A stretch of 64,000 bases of DNA. Source: Calcarisporiella thermophila CBS 279.70 (lineage: Eukaryota; Fungi; Calcarisporiellomycota). Positions 37,229-50,696 of the stretch are shown piece by piece; the first letter of the stretch is position 1, and the number at the start of each line of letters is the position of its first letter. Below the pieces are notes generated by a model, which was not told the origin of the DNA, searched no databases, and saw nothing but the letters and a program-made list of their open reading frames with translations. Position numbers and translations under genes: made by a program. Location: the NCBI RefSeq assembly GCF_041956535.1, contig NW_027192219.1, positions 293,522 to 357,521 on the forward strand. Reading direction: 5' to 3'.

Positions 37229-37678
37229 ATGAGGAATTTTATTGTATTTGTGCTGACCGTCAGTTGTATTGCTGGCCTCACCACGGCCGCCTCGCTCCAG
37301 TACCAAACTACTGAGCCAGACTTGTTCTCATCGAAAGGGGCTGGTAAGGTGGCGAATGGTCGGCAGCAGAAGCGTGGGCTACTAGACGGCCTTTTTAACA
37401 ACCAAAACTTTTTCGATCATATTGACCTATTGGGGTCAGCATTGAACTCCAATAGTGAGGTGGCGGAGAACCGCAACGCCAACACGAAGGCCACCGGTCC
37501 GGGCGACAACGCCATCTATTTGAAGGATGACGGCGAAGGTCACTACCGGAAGGACCGTCACCGTCATCACGGACACCATCGCAACCATCGTCATCATCGC
37601 AACCGCCATCGCCATCATCATAGGCATCACCATCACCACCATCATCCGCATCATGATACAGACTACGGGGAGTCCTAA
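37229..37678 (+). CDS. Small secreted protein with a histidine-rich C-terminal tail
   Basis: Signal peptide 'MRNFIVFVLTVSCIAGLTTA', a 'QQKR' Kex2-like site, and the tail 'HRHHGHHRNHRHHRNRHRHHHRHHHHHHHPHH'. Confidence 0.75.
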   Translation: MRNFIVFVLTVSCIAGLTTAASLQYQTTEPDLFSSKGAGKVANGRQQKRGLLDGLFNNQNFFDHIDLLGSALNSNSEVAENRNANTKATGPGDNAIYLKDDGEGHYRKDRHRHHGHHRNHRHHRNRHRHHHRHHHHHHHPHHDTDYGES

Positions 37679-38381
37679 TGTGGAGAATGCTAAAGGTTCT
37701 CCATACCACTGCTTTCCCTTCTTTATCTCGTTAATATTATTAGTAGTGGATGCTTAATGTTTTATATCGCCCCTCCTAAGTTGTTTCCTCCTCCTTCTCT
37801 ATTCTCTTCGTATTGCAAGTGTACCAATCTAGATGATGGGTTTACTTTGCCAATTTCATTCTTCGTGTATGAAAATGGACTGTTATGACTTCTTTTAATA
37901 AGAAAGTGCTGTTAAGTTTCATTCCTTTAGGTTTTGGTTTTTCTATTGTTACTATTTTCACTCTAGAGTTTATCCAACTAGCTTATGATATACCATTTCT
38001 ATATAAAAGAAAATTGATACTATTATCGATTGCTTAGAAAGAAAAGTGGGAGAAACACACCCGATATTAGGTCACATTCAAGTGTTGGAGACAGAAAGTT
38101 ATGAAAAGCTTTGATATTGTGCTAATCAAAGCGATATCAGATCGTAATCCTGAGAGGGGCTGGAATTTCCAGGTCTATCTTCACTAAAAATCGCATTGTT
38201 TGTGACTATTGTTGTGACTACTAAATTTCGCCGTCCCAAAGTAAACAATTTCATTATAAGCTTTTAGAACACTACATAACCGAGTTTGAGGGATCCCATA
38301 TTGAATCACTTTGTAAATTACTGTAATCCTTACCCGTTCGTTTCAAGATTATTTTTTACTCTCATTGGTAAATGATCTGAA

Positions 38382-41300
38382 ATGAGCACAGGAAAGGATC
38401 TAAATACCCGCGAGGGAAAGAACCGGTTTAAGGTAGGCGATTATTTATTGTAGAATCGTTTTCTTCTCCCTGAAATCTCATGCCATGACTCCGTAAATTG
38501 ATATAGTATCAATCCTTCAAAACTCGCGTTGAGAGCCTGAAAATCGATGTAGTGCATCGTGTGCGAAGAAAAGATGACGATCCAGAAGTAAGTGATATTC
38601 CAAAATTGTCTAATTTGCACCGAGATATAGATTATTTGGAATAGAAGTGTTAAAGAAATGACTAATGTCAATCTCCCTCTTACTTCAGGAATTCGGCTCC
38701 TATTTCAACGAGGCACTACAAGAATGGAAGGAGCTTAATCTAACCCAACATTTTGTTCGCTTCGTACGCGAGATCGAGAAATACTCGCAATCGCTTGCTA
38801 TGATACTTTACCACAAGGAAAAGATTGTCGACGTTTTAGAACGGCATATTCAGGTACCAGATAGCTTAGCGATTGAACCATTATTAGAGTAAGTGTGCTT
38901 GCAAAGTGGTGCTGGGTTTTTGTGCGTGGATTACCTGAACACAATCATTCTATCTTGTTAGCCTTGTGACAAAGTTAGCAAAGGATTTGGGTGAGGAATT
39001 TTTCCCATATTATGAGAGAATATTTTCTGTCATTATACCACTTGTAAAGCATCGAGATGTGAAAATTTTGGAGGTACTCTATTTTTCGCTTATGATTATA
39101 GGTAAAGATGGTTCTTACGAACTTTCATTTTCATTTTCTTTACTTTTATAGTGGACGTTCAACTGTTTTGCGTATCTGTTTAAATACCTTGCAAAACAGC
39201 TCTCGGCTGATTTACGACCCACTTACCGGTAAAATAATTCTTTGCCCCCGAGCTTTACTTAACTATTGACATCGTTCTTATCTTTTCAGTTTAATTGCTC
39301 CACTACTTGGAGAGCACCAACACAAGCCGTATATCCGACACTTTGCTGCGGAGTCGTTTGGCTACCTCTTACGGAAGCCGCGTGCCAAGGAATTAAAGGT
39401 CATCATTGCATACATCCTTGAATCCTTGCGTACAACGCCTACCGAGGATTATGTAGAAGGTTTGTCGATGCTGTTTTTCGAGAGTATTAAGGTAAGCCAC
39501 ATTTCGATTGCATTCATATATTTGCTACCTTTTTCTCATGGGTATTTTTTTTATAGCAAGTGGATGGTAGACTGCATTCCCGAGGGTTGGCTTTATTGTC
39601 CGAATTGATGGAGCAACTACATCTTGAGCAAGCAACTTCTGAAGCTATTGGTAATCTCCTTTATTACAAAAGGCTATCCTATGCAAAAAGTTTAATCTCT
39701 TTTTGCAACAATGTAGAAAACAATTCAACCTATCGCGTAGTATCGAAAACATATATTCTCCTAGTGCATCATTGCAAAAAAGAGCACTTTGGTCCGATAA
39801 CCGAACATCTTTTGGAAGAGGCAACCAGAGCGGCCAAGCAAATGGAGGAGGACATTAATGAAACTACTGTGATGGGAGTTGCAAAAATTGTATCCATGAT
39901 TCGAATTTGCGTAGCGGTCCGAAAAGCTAGCCGTATCCAGGGTATGTCTATAATGTTTATTTTGCCAAAAATATTCTAACCTTATTTTGTCCCTCTTCCT
40001 TATTATCCAATTATAGATCTCAAATCCGTTTTCAATGTTGTAAAAAATATTTCCCGCATGGTGTTTTCGAAAGAATTCACACCTACGGCATCGCTATCCT
40101 TCCTCATTTCACAACTTCACAGACTTACAACGCTACTTTTGACGCTGGGCAAACTAGAAGAGATTCTTGTGGGTGGAAAAGCAATTCTCAACTCCGTTTT
40201 CGAATATAATGACCCCGTTCCTGTAATGGCCTTTACGCTTAATCTCGCTACATTAAAATGGGAGCATTTCACTCAAGTGATGCTGCCATATATTTTGAAG
40301 TCAGTAACCTATTTTATTTTTGTTCGGAATGACTTATGAAAGTTAAAATTTTATTTTGATAATTTACCAACTAGCTTCATGACTGCTCACTGGAAAACCC
40401 ACTCCTCGGCCCTGTGTATCTTCTTCGCTCGACTTGTGGCTTTGCGCGCCCTCACTATCAATTCAGGAATGATTTCATCTTTTGTTACTCAAGATGGACT
40501 GATCCGGTTTCCCTCACAAAAGAAGGGGGGTGCATCCCTTGTGGTTAGTGGTTTGTTGCAGATATTAAAAGAGGAGCGAGACTGGGCAGCCGAGGTTGAT
40601 TCACTTAGCAAGATGGATGTAACAGAGGTTTGTTCAAATCAAGGGACACTGATGACTTGTCAATTTGTTTTATTCATAAAATGGTCTTTTAGGCTTCTGT
40701 TGAACCGCCAGCCCTCACCATCATCACCTCCGCAATCACCATCTTACCTCATATTTCTACCCCACTTGATGATACAATTCGCGCACTTAATAGCATATTT
40801 AAATCTCTTCTGCATTACCTTAATTCACATCCACCTCATCCGGCCCGGCGCGGCCAAAAGCGCCCGCTCACACAAGGCCCACCCTCGGTCCTGGCTGAGA
40901 GTTTACTCGGCAATGTGATTGAGACTATCGCCCTAATAAGCCGGCGGTCTGCGAAGAACAATGAAGAATCTCTCGAGAGCATGTGGGAGGATGTCGAAAA
41001 AGCGCTGCTGAATCACAGTTCCAATGTGGTCATGCTTCGTGGAGTGTTTGCATTCCTTGAGGCCATGAAATTAAGGTAACCAGAGTCACTAGATATACGG
41101 AGTTATGGATTCCTTTTATTAACGCCTAAAGATTGGTTCCACTTTAGGCCTGGGGGCGAATCTCGATTTACGGTCGAGCGATTGGAAACCTTTGTTTCCA
41201 AGCTCCAGGGGAATCTTGGGGATTTCCGTGGTGAACGTAGGCTTTACACGCTGAGAATCCTTGATCTCTTCCCCAAACTCCAAATGCTTCAAGCTGAAAA

Positions 41301-44300
41301 CTCTGATTCCTCGAATGAGGAACCTGAGTTGTGCGATATCATTTCTCAAGCACTCGTTGTCGAAAATATTCAAACCACCGTACAAACTTATCGTGATAAG
41401 ACGATGGAGATGCGCAAACTCGGCTTGCTTATTTCCACCCGTCGTGTTCCCGCACTATATCGTGAAGTTGTCCCTCGAATCTGCCTGGCTTGGCTGACCA
41501 TTAACTTCAAGCCGCTCTGGTCAGAGGCGATCGATGTGCTAGAGAAAGTGTCCCAGAGTGATAGCGCGATATTTTGGCAACTAATATACCAGGAGCTCAT
41601 GCGGTTCGAAGATGAGCCATCGCTTGTTGAAAATGGGCTCTCATCCGAGGTACTCACACAATACTTTGAACAGCAAGAGGAGCCTCAGCTTCCTCCCATC
41701 AACAAGATTGGCGGGTTGCAATTCGGCTGTCCCACTCTTAACCGCTACGAGAGCAACTTTGAGCGCTCGATGGAATTTATGGAAACTGAGTTCAGCAAGA
41801 GCTGTGTAATGCAGTTTGTAGATATGTGGGGGATGAAGCAAGAGCGCATTGACTATGCCAACTATTACGGATTGCTGCTGAAGGCCCTGGTTCGTGTGCC
41901 ACACGTTCCCGAGCAGCGTTCGAAACAATTGGTTCCCCTCTTTTTCAAATTCCTTGAAAACGAGTACGAGGCGGCGCTTGAGGATGGGCGTGGGGACAGC
42001 GGGGACCCAGATGAAATGGAGAACAATGCACCAAAATCCACGCAGGCTGATGACCAGATGGATGTTGACGAGGAGGATCGGGTGATAGTGCTTGAGCACT
42101 CCGCTCGTATGGCCAAAGTGAAGATGGCTCACTTCCTTGAGCTCTTTGCTAAGTTCAAGGCCATCAAATCCATTTCTCAGAGCGAACGGCTTGAAAATGT
42201 GTTCTTGAGATTGTTAACCAAAGGTGATATCAAGCTACAGCGGCAAGCCTTGGACTGTGTGCTCGCATGGCGCGCAAAATCGCCCGCAGTCACTGGGTAT
42301 GCGGATCATCTACGAAACCTTGTCGACGAGGTCAAGTTTCGGGACGAATTGTCGACCTTCTCCTTTGACCAGGACGAGAGCCCCATCGAGATGGGCCACC
42401 GTGCTGAGCTGATGCCCATTGTGATTCGGATTATTTTTGGTCGGATGATGGCTCGAAAGGGGAAAGCCTCTGCTACTGCGGGAATGGGCGCGAGGCGCAC
42501 AGCTTCTCTTGCAGCACTGGCTGGTTGTTCCGAGGCGGAAATCGGCTACTTCATCGAGCTTATGTTGGAGCCTTTCAGCCACCTGAGGAGTCTGCACGAC
42601 ATGAATGATGGATCCTTTGTAGTAAAGGACGACATCGAGATAGGGGTAGTGATACGTAAACAAGCCGGTTTCCTACACGTCCTTGGGGATGTAATAAAGC
42701 AGCTGGGAGCGTATGTTTTGCCATTCGTTCCAGACCTCATCAAGATTGTGATCTATCTCACAGCTTGTGCTCAGAAGAAGCTGGAGAACGAGGCCTCTGG
42801 CCAATCTAAGCAGCGGGATGAGGACATGCAGGTTGATGAGCAAGCCGAAGTGGACGAGGAGGACGAAGATGAAGAAGCAATACTAATCGACAAGGCGTAT
42901 TTTTCCCGCCTCCGCGAAGTTCGACAGCTAGGCATCCGTCGTATTGTCGAGTTTTTCAAACTGCGAACCGCGTATGATTACACCGCTTACCTTCCCGCCA
43001 TGTTCAATACGTTCATCACCCCTCGTATCCCTCTATTCCATATCGAAAACACTCAAGCGCCTTCAGTGTTGCTCGAGCTTTTTCTGGCGTGGTCCATGCG
43101 GCGCGAATACGTTGGATTCCTGGCTGCCTACAACGACGAAGTGCTCAGGAAGGTGTATGCTTGTCTCTCTGCGAAGAAAGTGCGGGATACAGTAGTGTCG
43201 ATGGTGTTGCAGATTGCAGAAAATATACTGCGGTTATGTTCGGAGGAGGCCGACGAGCTCTCTGCAGCGCATGAGGAGCTACACACTGGCGACATCACTT
43301 CCAAGGTCCTGTTGCCTTACGTCCCCTGCCTTCTTAACAACTTGGAACATCTTCTTTTGAGATCGAGTGAGCAGGCTTCGTTCGGACGCTCCGAGTTCTC
43401 TTCCCGCCAAATAGCCATACTCTCTCAGATATCCGAACATGTCACCAATGGTGAGCAGGCGTCCCAGATAGTTACGCTGCTTTTGCCGTGTCTGAAGAAG
43501 TCTCCGCGCGCTGTTCCCGAACGCACCAAAGCAAATATCCTCATTATTATTGGGAAATTCCTCCATATCCTCCCCGGCATGACAGATGGATCGCCCCTCT
43601 TCAGTAAACTCTTCACTTCCCTTATGCCACTCTTCGGGACGCTCGCGACTCGCGAATGTCGGTTACAGATGATACCAGTGCTCCGGGAATTCGCGAAAAT
43701 CGACTCCACTTTGGAGGTGATCGTCACGGTGGTTGATGACCTTAATGCCTACTCGCTGAAACGTCTTGACGAACCCGACTTTGACCGCCGCTTGAACGCC
43801 TTCAACAAGGTCAATCTTGAATTGTGTAATGCGTTAAGTGAGTTGCAATGGATCCCCGTTCTGCACAATTTCCTCTTTTTCATGGGCGACATGGAGGAGC
43901 TGTCAGTTCGTACGAGCGCTAGTCATGGTGTTACGCTCTTTATTGACCGGTGCGCAGATGCAGAATTGGATGAGCAAATACGGCTAGCCTTCCAAGGCCT
44001 CTTAACTCACGTTGTCTATCCGGCGATAAAGAGGGGGGTGCGTTCCAACCACGAACAGGTACGCTCGGAATTCGTGGGTGTGCTGGGCCACGCCGTGAAG
44101 AAATGCAGTTTCCTCCCCGCCTTTGCGGATCTGGTCCCACTCCTTGCCCAAGACGAGGAGTCCAATTTCTTCAACAATCTTTATCATATGCAAATGCATC
44201 GTCGAATGCGTGCCATTCGACGCTTGGCCACCGAATGCCAATCTGGTGTTATTCGCTCGGGAACGCTCTTCAATCTTATGGCCCCACTTGTGATGCATTT

Positions 44301-47300
44301 CATCTTCGAAGCCGACCGTATTGCAGATCACAATCTCATTCAAGACTCGATCCAGGCACTAGGAGCAATTGCCGGGCAACTACGCTGGGGACAATATCAC
44401 ATGCTGCTGAAGAAGTTCCTAAAGCTACTTCCGAAGAAGACGCAGCTGGAAAAAGTGCTGGTGCGTACGGTCATCGCCATTTTGGACGCGTTTCACTTTG
44501 ATTTGCGAAGTGCTACGGTCACCGAAGAGACTCTCGCGGCGATGGGAAATAAACAGAGATTGGTGTTGGAACCTATGGAGTTGCCTGACGGGGCTGTTTC
44601 TGGGCAGGCTGGGGATAATGCAGAGGGCAAGCAAGCCCAACCCAATGCAGCTCAAACGGAAGCAAAAGTGGAAGATAAACAGTATGCTGAGGATAAAGTG
44701 GAGGAGAAGGCCGCAGCGAAAGGCCAGAGCCAAGCAGAAGAGGAAGAAGTCGAGGAAGAGGAAGAGGAAGAGGTGGAAGAGCAGGAGGAAGAGGCGGGGG
44801 CATCGGCTTCTGCGATGGATGAGACCGCACTTTCGAAAGAGCTGATTACTCGCATCCATGACACTCTCGTCACCAAACTTCTCCCCGAGCTCCATCGCTA
44901 TCTCACCCAGCGGGACGAGACCAGTGTTATGGTGCGCATTCCCGTTGCGCTGTCAATCACCAAACTGCTAACACAGCTGCCTGAGAGCTCACTGAAGTTT
45001 AATCTCCCCGGTCTCCTCACGTCCGTCTGCCAGATTCTGCGCAGCCGCCAGCAGGAAGCACGAGACGCCACCCGTGATACGCTGCTTAAGATCAGTGAAT
45101 TCTTGGGAGCCGACTACTTTTCCTTCATCGTGAGCGAGCTTCGGGGCGCTCTACAGCGCGGCTATCAGCGCCACGTGCTTGGGTTCACGCTGAACTCGCT
45201 ACTTGTGCATATGGTTCCCCGATTGCAAGTGGGAGACATAGATCACTGCCTCTCCGAGGTGGTTGAGGTCTTGGTGGATGATATATTTGGGGAAATAGCC
45301 GAAGAGAAGGAGGTCGATGAGCTTCGTGGCAAGATGAGGGAGTCTAAGTCTGTGCGTAGTTTCGAGTCATTCGAGCTGCTTGGAAAAATTGTTCGTTTCA
45401 AGAGCGTTGGGGTTGTGCTGATTCCGATTCGTGACATTATGCGCGAGACCGAGAGCAAGGCGGTTACTCGAAAGTTGGATGAGGTGCTGCGTCGGCTTGC
45501 CGTGGGTTTGAATGGCAACGCGCAGTTTGAAACCAAGGAGATGCTCGTATTCTGCCACGGTTTAATCTCCCAAAGTCTGCAGTTCACCAAGATCAAGGAG
45601 CAGCAGCAGAAGAAGAAGGAAAAGAAGAGTGCGCTCGAGGTCAACTTCACCGTGCAACTCAAGCGCGACGTGCGCGAGCCAGTCGATCGGTTCAGTGCGA
45701 ATGCCCACCGGTTTGTAGAGTTCGGTCTCGGGATTCTGAATACGGCGTTAAAGCGCGGACGCTTTGACGTTCAGTCGCAGGAAGAGCTCGAAATGCTGGA
45801 TCCCTTTGTGGATGCAGTAGGAAATGCGCTCTTCTCCAAGAACACAAGCGTGATTTCACTCGCCACAAAGGTTTTAGCCATCTTGTGCAAGCTCCCGCTC
45901 CCGGGTCTTGAAAAGGCGCTTCCTGCGATCATCAAGCGAGTGTTCTCGCTTCTCAAGGGAATGTCGGGCTCGACGACCTCTGAGCTGGGTCAAAACTGCT
46001 TTAAACTCTTGACAGTGGCCATCCGGGACAATAAGCAATCCGAAATCACGGAGCAGCAGCTGGTCTATCTGATCCACCTCATACTGCCCGATTTAGAGGA
46101 GCCCGAGCGACAAGGCACTGCGTTCGCACTGATCCGCGCGATCGTCTCCCGGAAGTTGGTGGCGCCCGAAGTGTATGACATGATGCAAGCCATCGCGGAG
46201 ATTATGGTCACCTCACAAGATGCTCAGGTCCGTGAGCAATGCCGGCACGTTTATCTCCAGTTCTTGCTCGACTATCCACAAGGCCGCGGCCGCCTTAAGA
46301 ACCAGATGGAGTTCCTCGCCACGAACCTCGGCTATCCGCACGAGAATGGTCGAGTTTCGGTGATGGAGATGCTTAACGTTATTTTTGCAAAGTTTGGCGA
46401 AGATATTCTCAACACTTTTGCCGACAAGTTCTTCATTGCCTTGGTCACCAGTTTGGTTAGCGATGAGTCGTCCCGGTGCCGAGAAATGGCGGGTGCGCTC
46501 ATTAAATCACTGATGCTGCGGATGACAAAGGAGCGACTTGGGAAGACCTATGCGATGATGGACAAGTGGTTTGCTCAGGAGGCTCAGAGCGGGCTGCAGC
46601 AAGCTGCTGCCCAGGTTTATGGGCTTGCAGTGGAAGCTTTCCGAGAGGAGTTCCGCTCGCGTCTCTCCGGCCTTTTGGACCAACTAGTAACGGGCTTGAC
46701 CACCAGCAGCGACCTGATAGAAAAGGAGAACGCCCAGAAGAAGGCTAACAGCATTAAAGATGAGACCAGAGAGGATAAAGAGATGGATAGTGACGAAGAG
46801 GAAAGCATGGAGATGGAAACCTCCTCGCCCGCGGCTAACGATACCTGGGAAACCACTCTTCAGATCCTCCTTACTCTCGAGAAGGTCCTTCACCAGTTCC
46901 CGCATCTGATCAACTCCTCTAACACAATTACTCACCACTGGCCACTGGTCCGTATGCACATTCTCCATCCTCAAGCAAAGATACGCCTAGTTGCTATGAG
47001 ACTTTGGGGTATTCGCTTTGCAACTATTGATCCTAGCACCCGCTATCCTAAGAATCAGGAGGACGACAGCACCAGTGATGAGGCAAAATTGAAGAGAGAA
47101 GAGTTACGTGATTTCGTGCAGCTGGGATGTGTGTTGCTTAGAGATGTAGAGCTGAGCGAGGAACTTGCTACTCAAGTGGTGAAGAACTTGTTCTTCGTAG
47201 GCAAATGCCTGTATCATCTCCCCCCTTCGGAGGATATCGCGCGAACTGGTGGTGATGTAGTTGAGGATGAGGAGAATGTGGAGGCTCTCGGAGATTCTAA

Positions 47301-48119
47301 CCCGGATATCCAAGAGGAAGAGAGTGAAGACGAGGAAGATGAAAATGAAGATGGTGATGATGCAAACAAAGAAGAGGAAGAAGAAAATGAGCAGGTTGCG
47401 AGTGAAGATCAAAGTTTGGAAATGAATGGGTCTCCAGTCAAAGAGAAAGCAGGACCCGTATTTATTCGCAAGAGCCTCCTCTGGATGTTCAAGAAGTTTT
47501 CCTTCCAAGCCCGTGGGGCGATGATTAAGGACAAGCAAACCCTACAGGTAGGTTTTAGTCTGGGAGAAGGGAAGTGTCGGAGCCACTTTTAACAGGAGCT
47601 TAATGTTCTATTTGCAATTTTATAGCGTACGTTCATCTTTAAATGGTTTGCAGCCATGTCTAACTACATTGACTCGGAGGATTTGGGACCTTATCTGATT
47701 CCAATCATCTCACCAATATACCGGATGGTGAACGATGAAACAGCCAAAGGCAAAGATATAGGTATGTGGGATGCTACAAGCGGCATGTGAAATTTTCAAG
47801 ACGCTTTAACATTCTTTTTTTTTTTCTTTCAGAGGAATTACGCCGTCTTGGGCAGGAAGTGCTTGATCTCGTACAGAAGCGAGCTGGAACGACGCGGTAT
47901 GTCACAGCCTATAGTCAGGTGCAACGCCGTGTTGCCGAAATGCGACATGAGCGCAAAGCGAAGCGATCGCTGAGGGCGATAACCGACCCCCAAGCGAGCG
48001 CGCGCCGACGATTGCAGAAGAACGAGATGAAGCGCGCCGCGCGAAAGCGAAAGAATGAGGCATTTGCAGCTGGAAAAGTCCGGTTAACAGTGCGAAAGAA
48101 GAGACGGACAGACGCTTAA
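38382..48119 (+). CDS. UTP20: U3 snoRNP / SSU processome component Utp20 (DRIM)
   Basis: Very large multi-exon HEAT-repeat gene with 'SYFNEALQEWKELNLT', 'LAKDLGEEF', 'RNLVDEVKFRDEL', 'DEPDFDRRLNAF', 'LQRGYQRHVLGFT' and 'QFLLDYPQG', ending in a basic C-terminus '...RKRK'. Confidence 0.95.
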
Positions 48120-49378
48120 GATAGTGCCCGCCTCCCTCCCCCCCTCCTTATTTATAGAATACCAAACGGATCGCAAAATTCTTCACCCTTTTTATTTTTA
48201 ATCCCTTCTCTCTCCTATATGTACATAGAAAGAGTGCTCTCTACTCGCAAAAGACGACTATCCAAATATATTTTCTTGTCCCACAGTTATACCATATCTT
48301 GGAAGAAAATGCGAATAAAACTAATAAGTTGCGACATTATTGTCCCGGCCTACTGACAAATCCCGACAAGGCTAAGGGCCGCCTGATACTAGATAGCGAT
48401 TCCAAGTTTCCAAGGTTCTAAGTTAGGTTATCGCAACAAGGTTCAAACCTTTCACCTATCGAAACTAGTGTGAGAATGGGTGGCTTTAGTTTTACCACAG
48501 TCGAGAGGAATGCAGCACATCCAAGAGCCGCCGGCCACAACACACTTTGGCCGCGGACTCACCCGTTTGAGGCATGGCCTCTATTTGCAGCACGAGAGCT
48601 CTTTCTCTCCAACCCAGCTTGGCATGATGGCTGGGCCCGCTTTTCTTGCGTTCATGCACCCGTGGCTATCCACGGCTATTCCTCGCATATCCCGCATTTC
48701 GTCAGTCAGCCCGGAAGCGCCTCAGGGCCGAGTTTAGCTTTGTGAGTGACGGAGCCGGCCCAAATAGGCAACCGCAGGAGGGGCCTGCTGTCTTGATGGC
48801 CGCAAACTTTTTCATGACCTCCAGCTCAGCTTTATGCGTGTCAAGCTACCAAGCCCAGCCCTAAAATTACGCGGCTCGCTTAATTAAATGTCAGCCTGTG
48901 GCTGATCCTTGGCCCCATTTGACTCCCCCCGTCACACCCACGCATAAACTCAAAGGCAAGACGGCAAGCGAGCGCTCCAGCCGCCGGCTCGGGCGCCAAA
49001 CCGGGCTCACGGCGGTGCGGAGGGCAAGAGGCAGGGGGTAGCGCCGGCCGGAGGGGTTGGAAGAGGCAGAGGGAGCGGGTGCGGGGGAACCTAGAGAAAC
49101 CTAGCGTGCCATGTAAGGTTGGCTGCTCGGAGAAAGATAAGGAAATGACGAGCCATGCGAAGTTTCTTGATATGCTTCTCTAATTTGATAGAGAACCAAA
49201 GCAAAGATAAAATTGAGTTTCTCCACTTTTCATTCTTCCTTTTATGCACCAAAAGAGAGTTGCCACTCCCCCCTTCTTAAAAATTTCGCACGACGCGACC
49301 CTCTCTTCGAGATTCTTACTCTTCTATATCCCGGAATTCTTCCTTTCTGAATAACACCTGCACTATATCACCAAAAGA

Positions 49379-49546
49379 ATGCATTTCATCCTCGATCTCA
49401 TCAGTCTCGCCTTCCGCAACATGGCCATCGTGACCATCCTCCTCCCTCTCGTCATCCTCATTGCAACCGACACTTTCGCATTTGCATTGGTGCGTTGCGC
49501 AGAGGTCGTCGCCCCGCACAGGTTAACGAGAATAGAGGGTCGCTAG
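49379..49546 (+). CDS. Putative 55-aa single-TM microprotein (below the ORF-track size cut-off)
   Basis: MHFILDLISLAFRNMAIVTILLPLVILIATDTFAFALVRCAEVVAPHRLTRIEGR*. C-ending codons match the host genes, there is a pyrimidine-rich leader and a GC-rich region upstream, and an AT-rich 3' flank. Confidence 0.5.
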   Translation: MHFILDLISLAFRNMAIVTILLPLVILIATDTFAFALVRCAEVVAPHRLTRIEGR

Positions 49547-50418
49547 GGATGTCGTCATTGCATTTCGTGCTTGCTCCGGTCATGCGAGCCAAAATTAAAA
49601 AGAGCGAAATTCTATACTCCTGGGAATTGTTTCATGTTTATATCGTTATGTTGTCATTTTATCATGTACATATTATATTCTTCGAATTATATTTAATTAA
49701 AAAAAAAGCCTTCCTCCGATTCATCTACACGCAAGCAATTGTATTGACGGATACAATATTGCTGTTAATAAACACAAGCAGATATACAATGCAGTTAAGG
49801 TGATGCAATGAAGGGCAGAGTCTGGTAGTACATTGCTAGAATCCTTTTACTACTGAGCTGTGTTCGACTTTTCGTGGTCCACTGTGTCTCGAGTTCTTAT
49901 AATGGACATGGGATACGAATTGGTGGGAAGGGGAGGCAATTTTCTACCTTACTACATTCACAACTTTGGAAAGGGGAGCCGGCTCTTATTTTATGCTGTC
50001 TCCCATCGATAGATTCTGCTGTAGTTCAAGTGGTCCTCAATATCATCAATATCACCAAAGTATCATTATGGGCAAAGGCAACTACACTACGAGACTTCAT
50101 GAATCCATCTCAACAGCCCTTAGGGAAGCAAAAGGTTAGCTCTTATATCTGTTTGCGTGATGGGCAAAGATTATGTATTGGTTTTTTATTGAAATGTGAA
50201 CCAAAGCTGATCGTAAGATGTTATCGTCACTATTGAGGTAGCCATTCCTAAAGAAATACGTCTGATTACCTCCCGTATTTACAATACAAGGGAATTGTTC
50301 ATAACTACATCCAGAAAATAATAGCTTACTAGTTTAGAAAGGCGGACAATGAAAGGCTCGGCTTTCGATGAGAGCTTTGGATTCAAGGGGGGCACTAGTC
50401 CACTCTACTATACTATAG

Positions 50419-50454
50419 GGCGGATGGGCGGATGGGCGGATGGATGGATGGGCA
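50419..50454. repeat. Short tandem repeat (GGGCGGAT)n/(GGAT)n
   Basis: 'ggcggatgggcggatgggcggatggatggatgggc' read directly from the sequence. Confidence 0.7.
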
Positions 50455-50696
50455 TTTAACTTGGATAATCTATAGAACACTCACTTCGAGCCATCCCTAC
50501 TCCAGGTTACTGCAGCATGCATCCAAGTCGCCCCCAAGAAGGTGGGATCCGCAAGTAGGTATATTAACCTTGAAGAAGGATGGATATGTCTGAAACTTGC
50601 TGCGCCTTTCTGAAATATTGAACACATTGCGTTCTCGTGAACCACGCTTCGCTTTTCGAATAAATTTAAGCATCAAAGAATAATGCCCTTCTAAGA

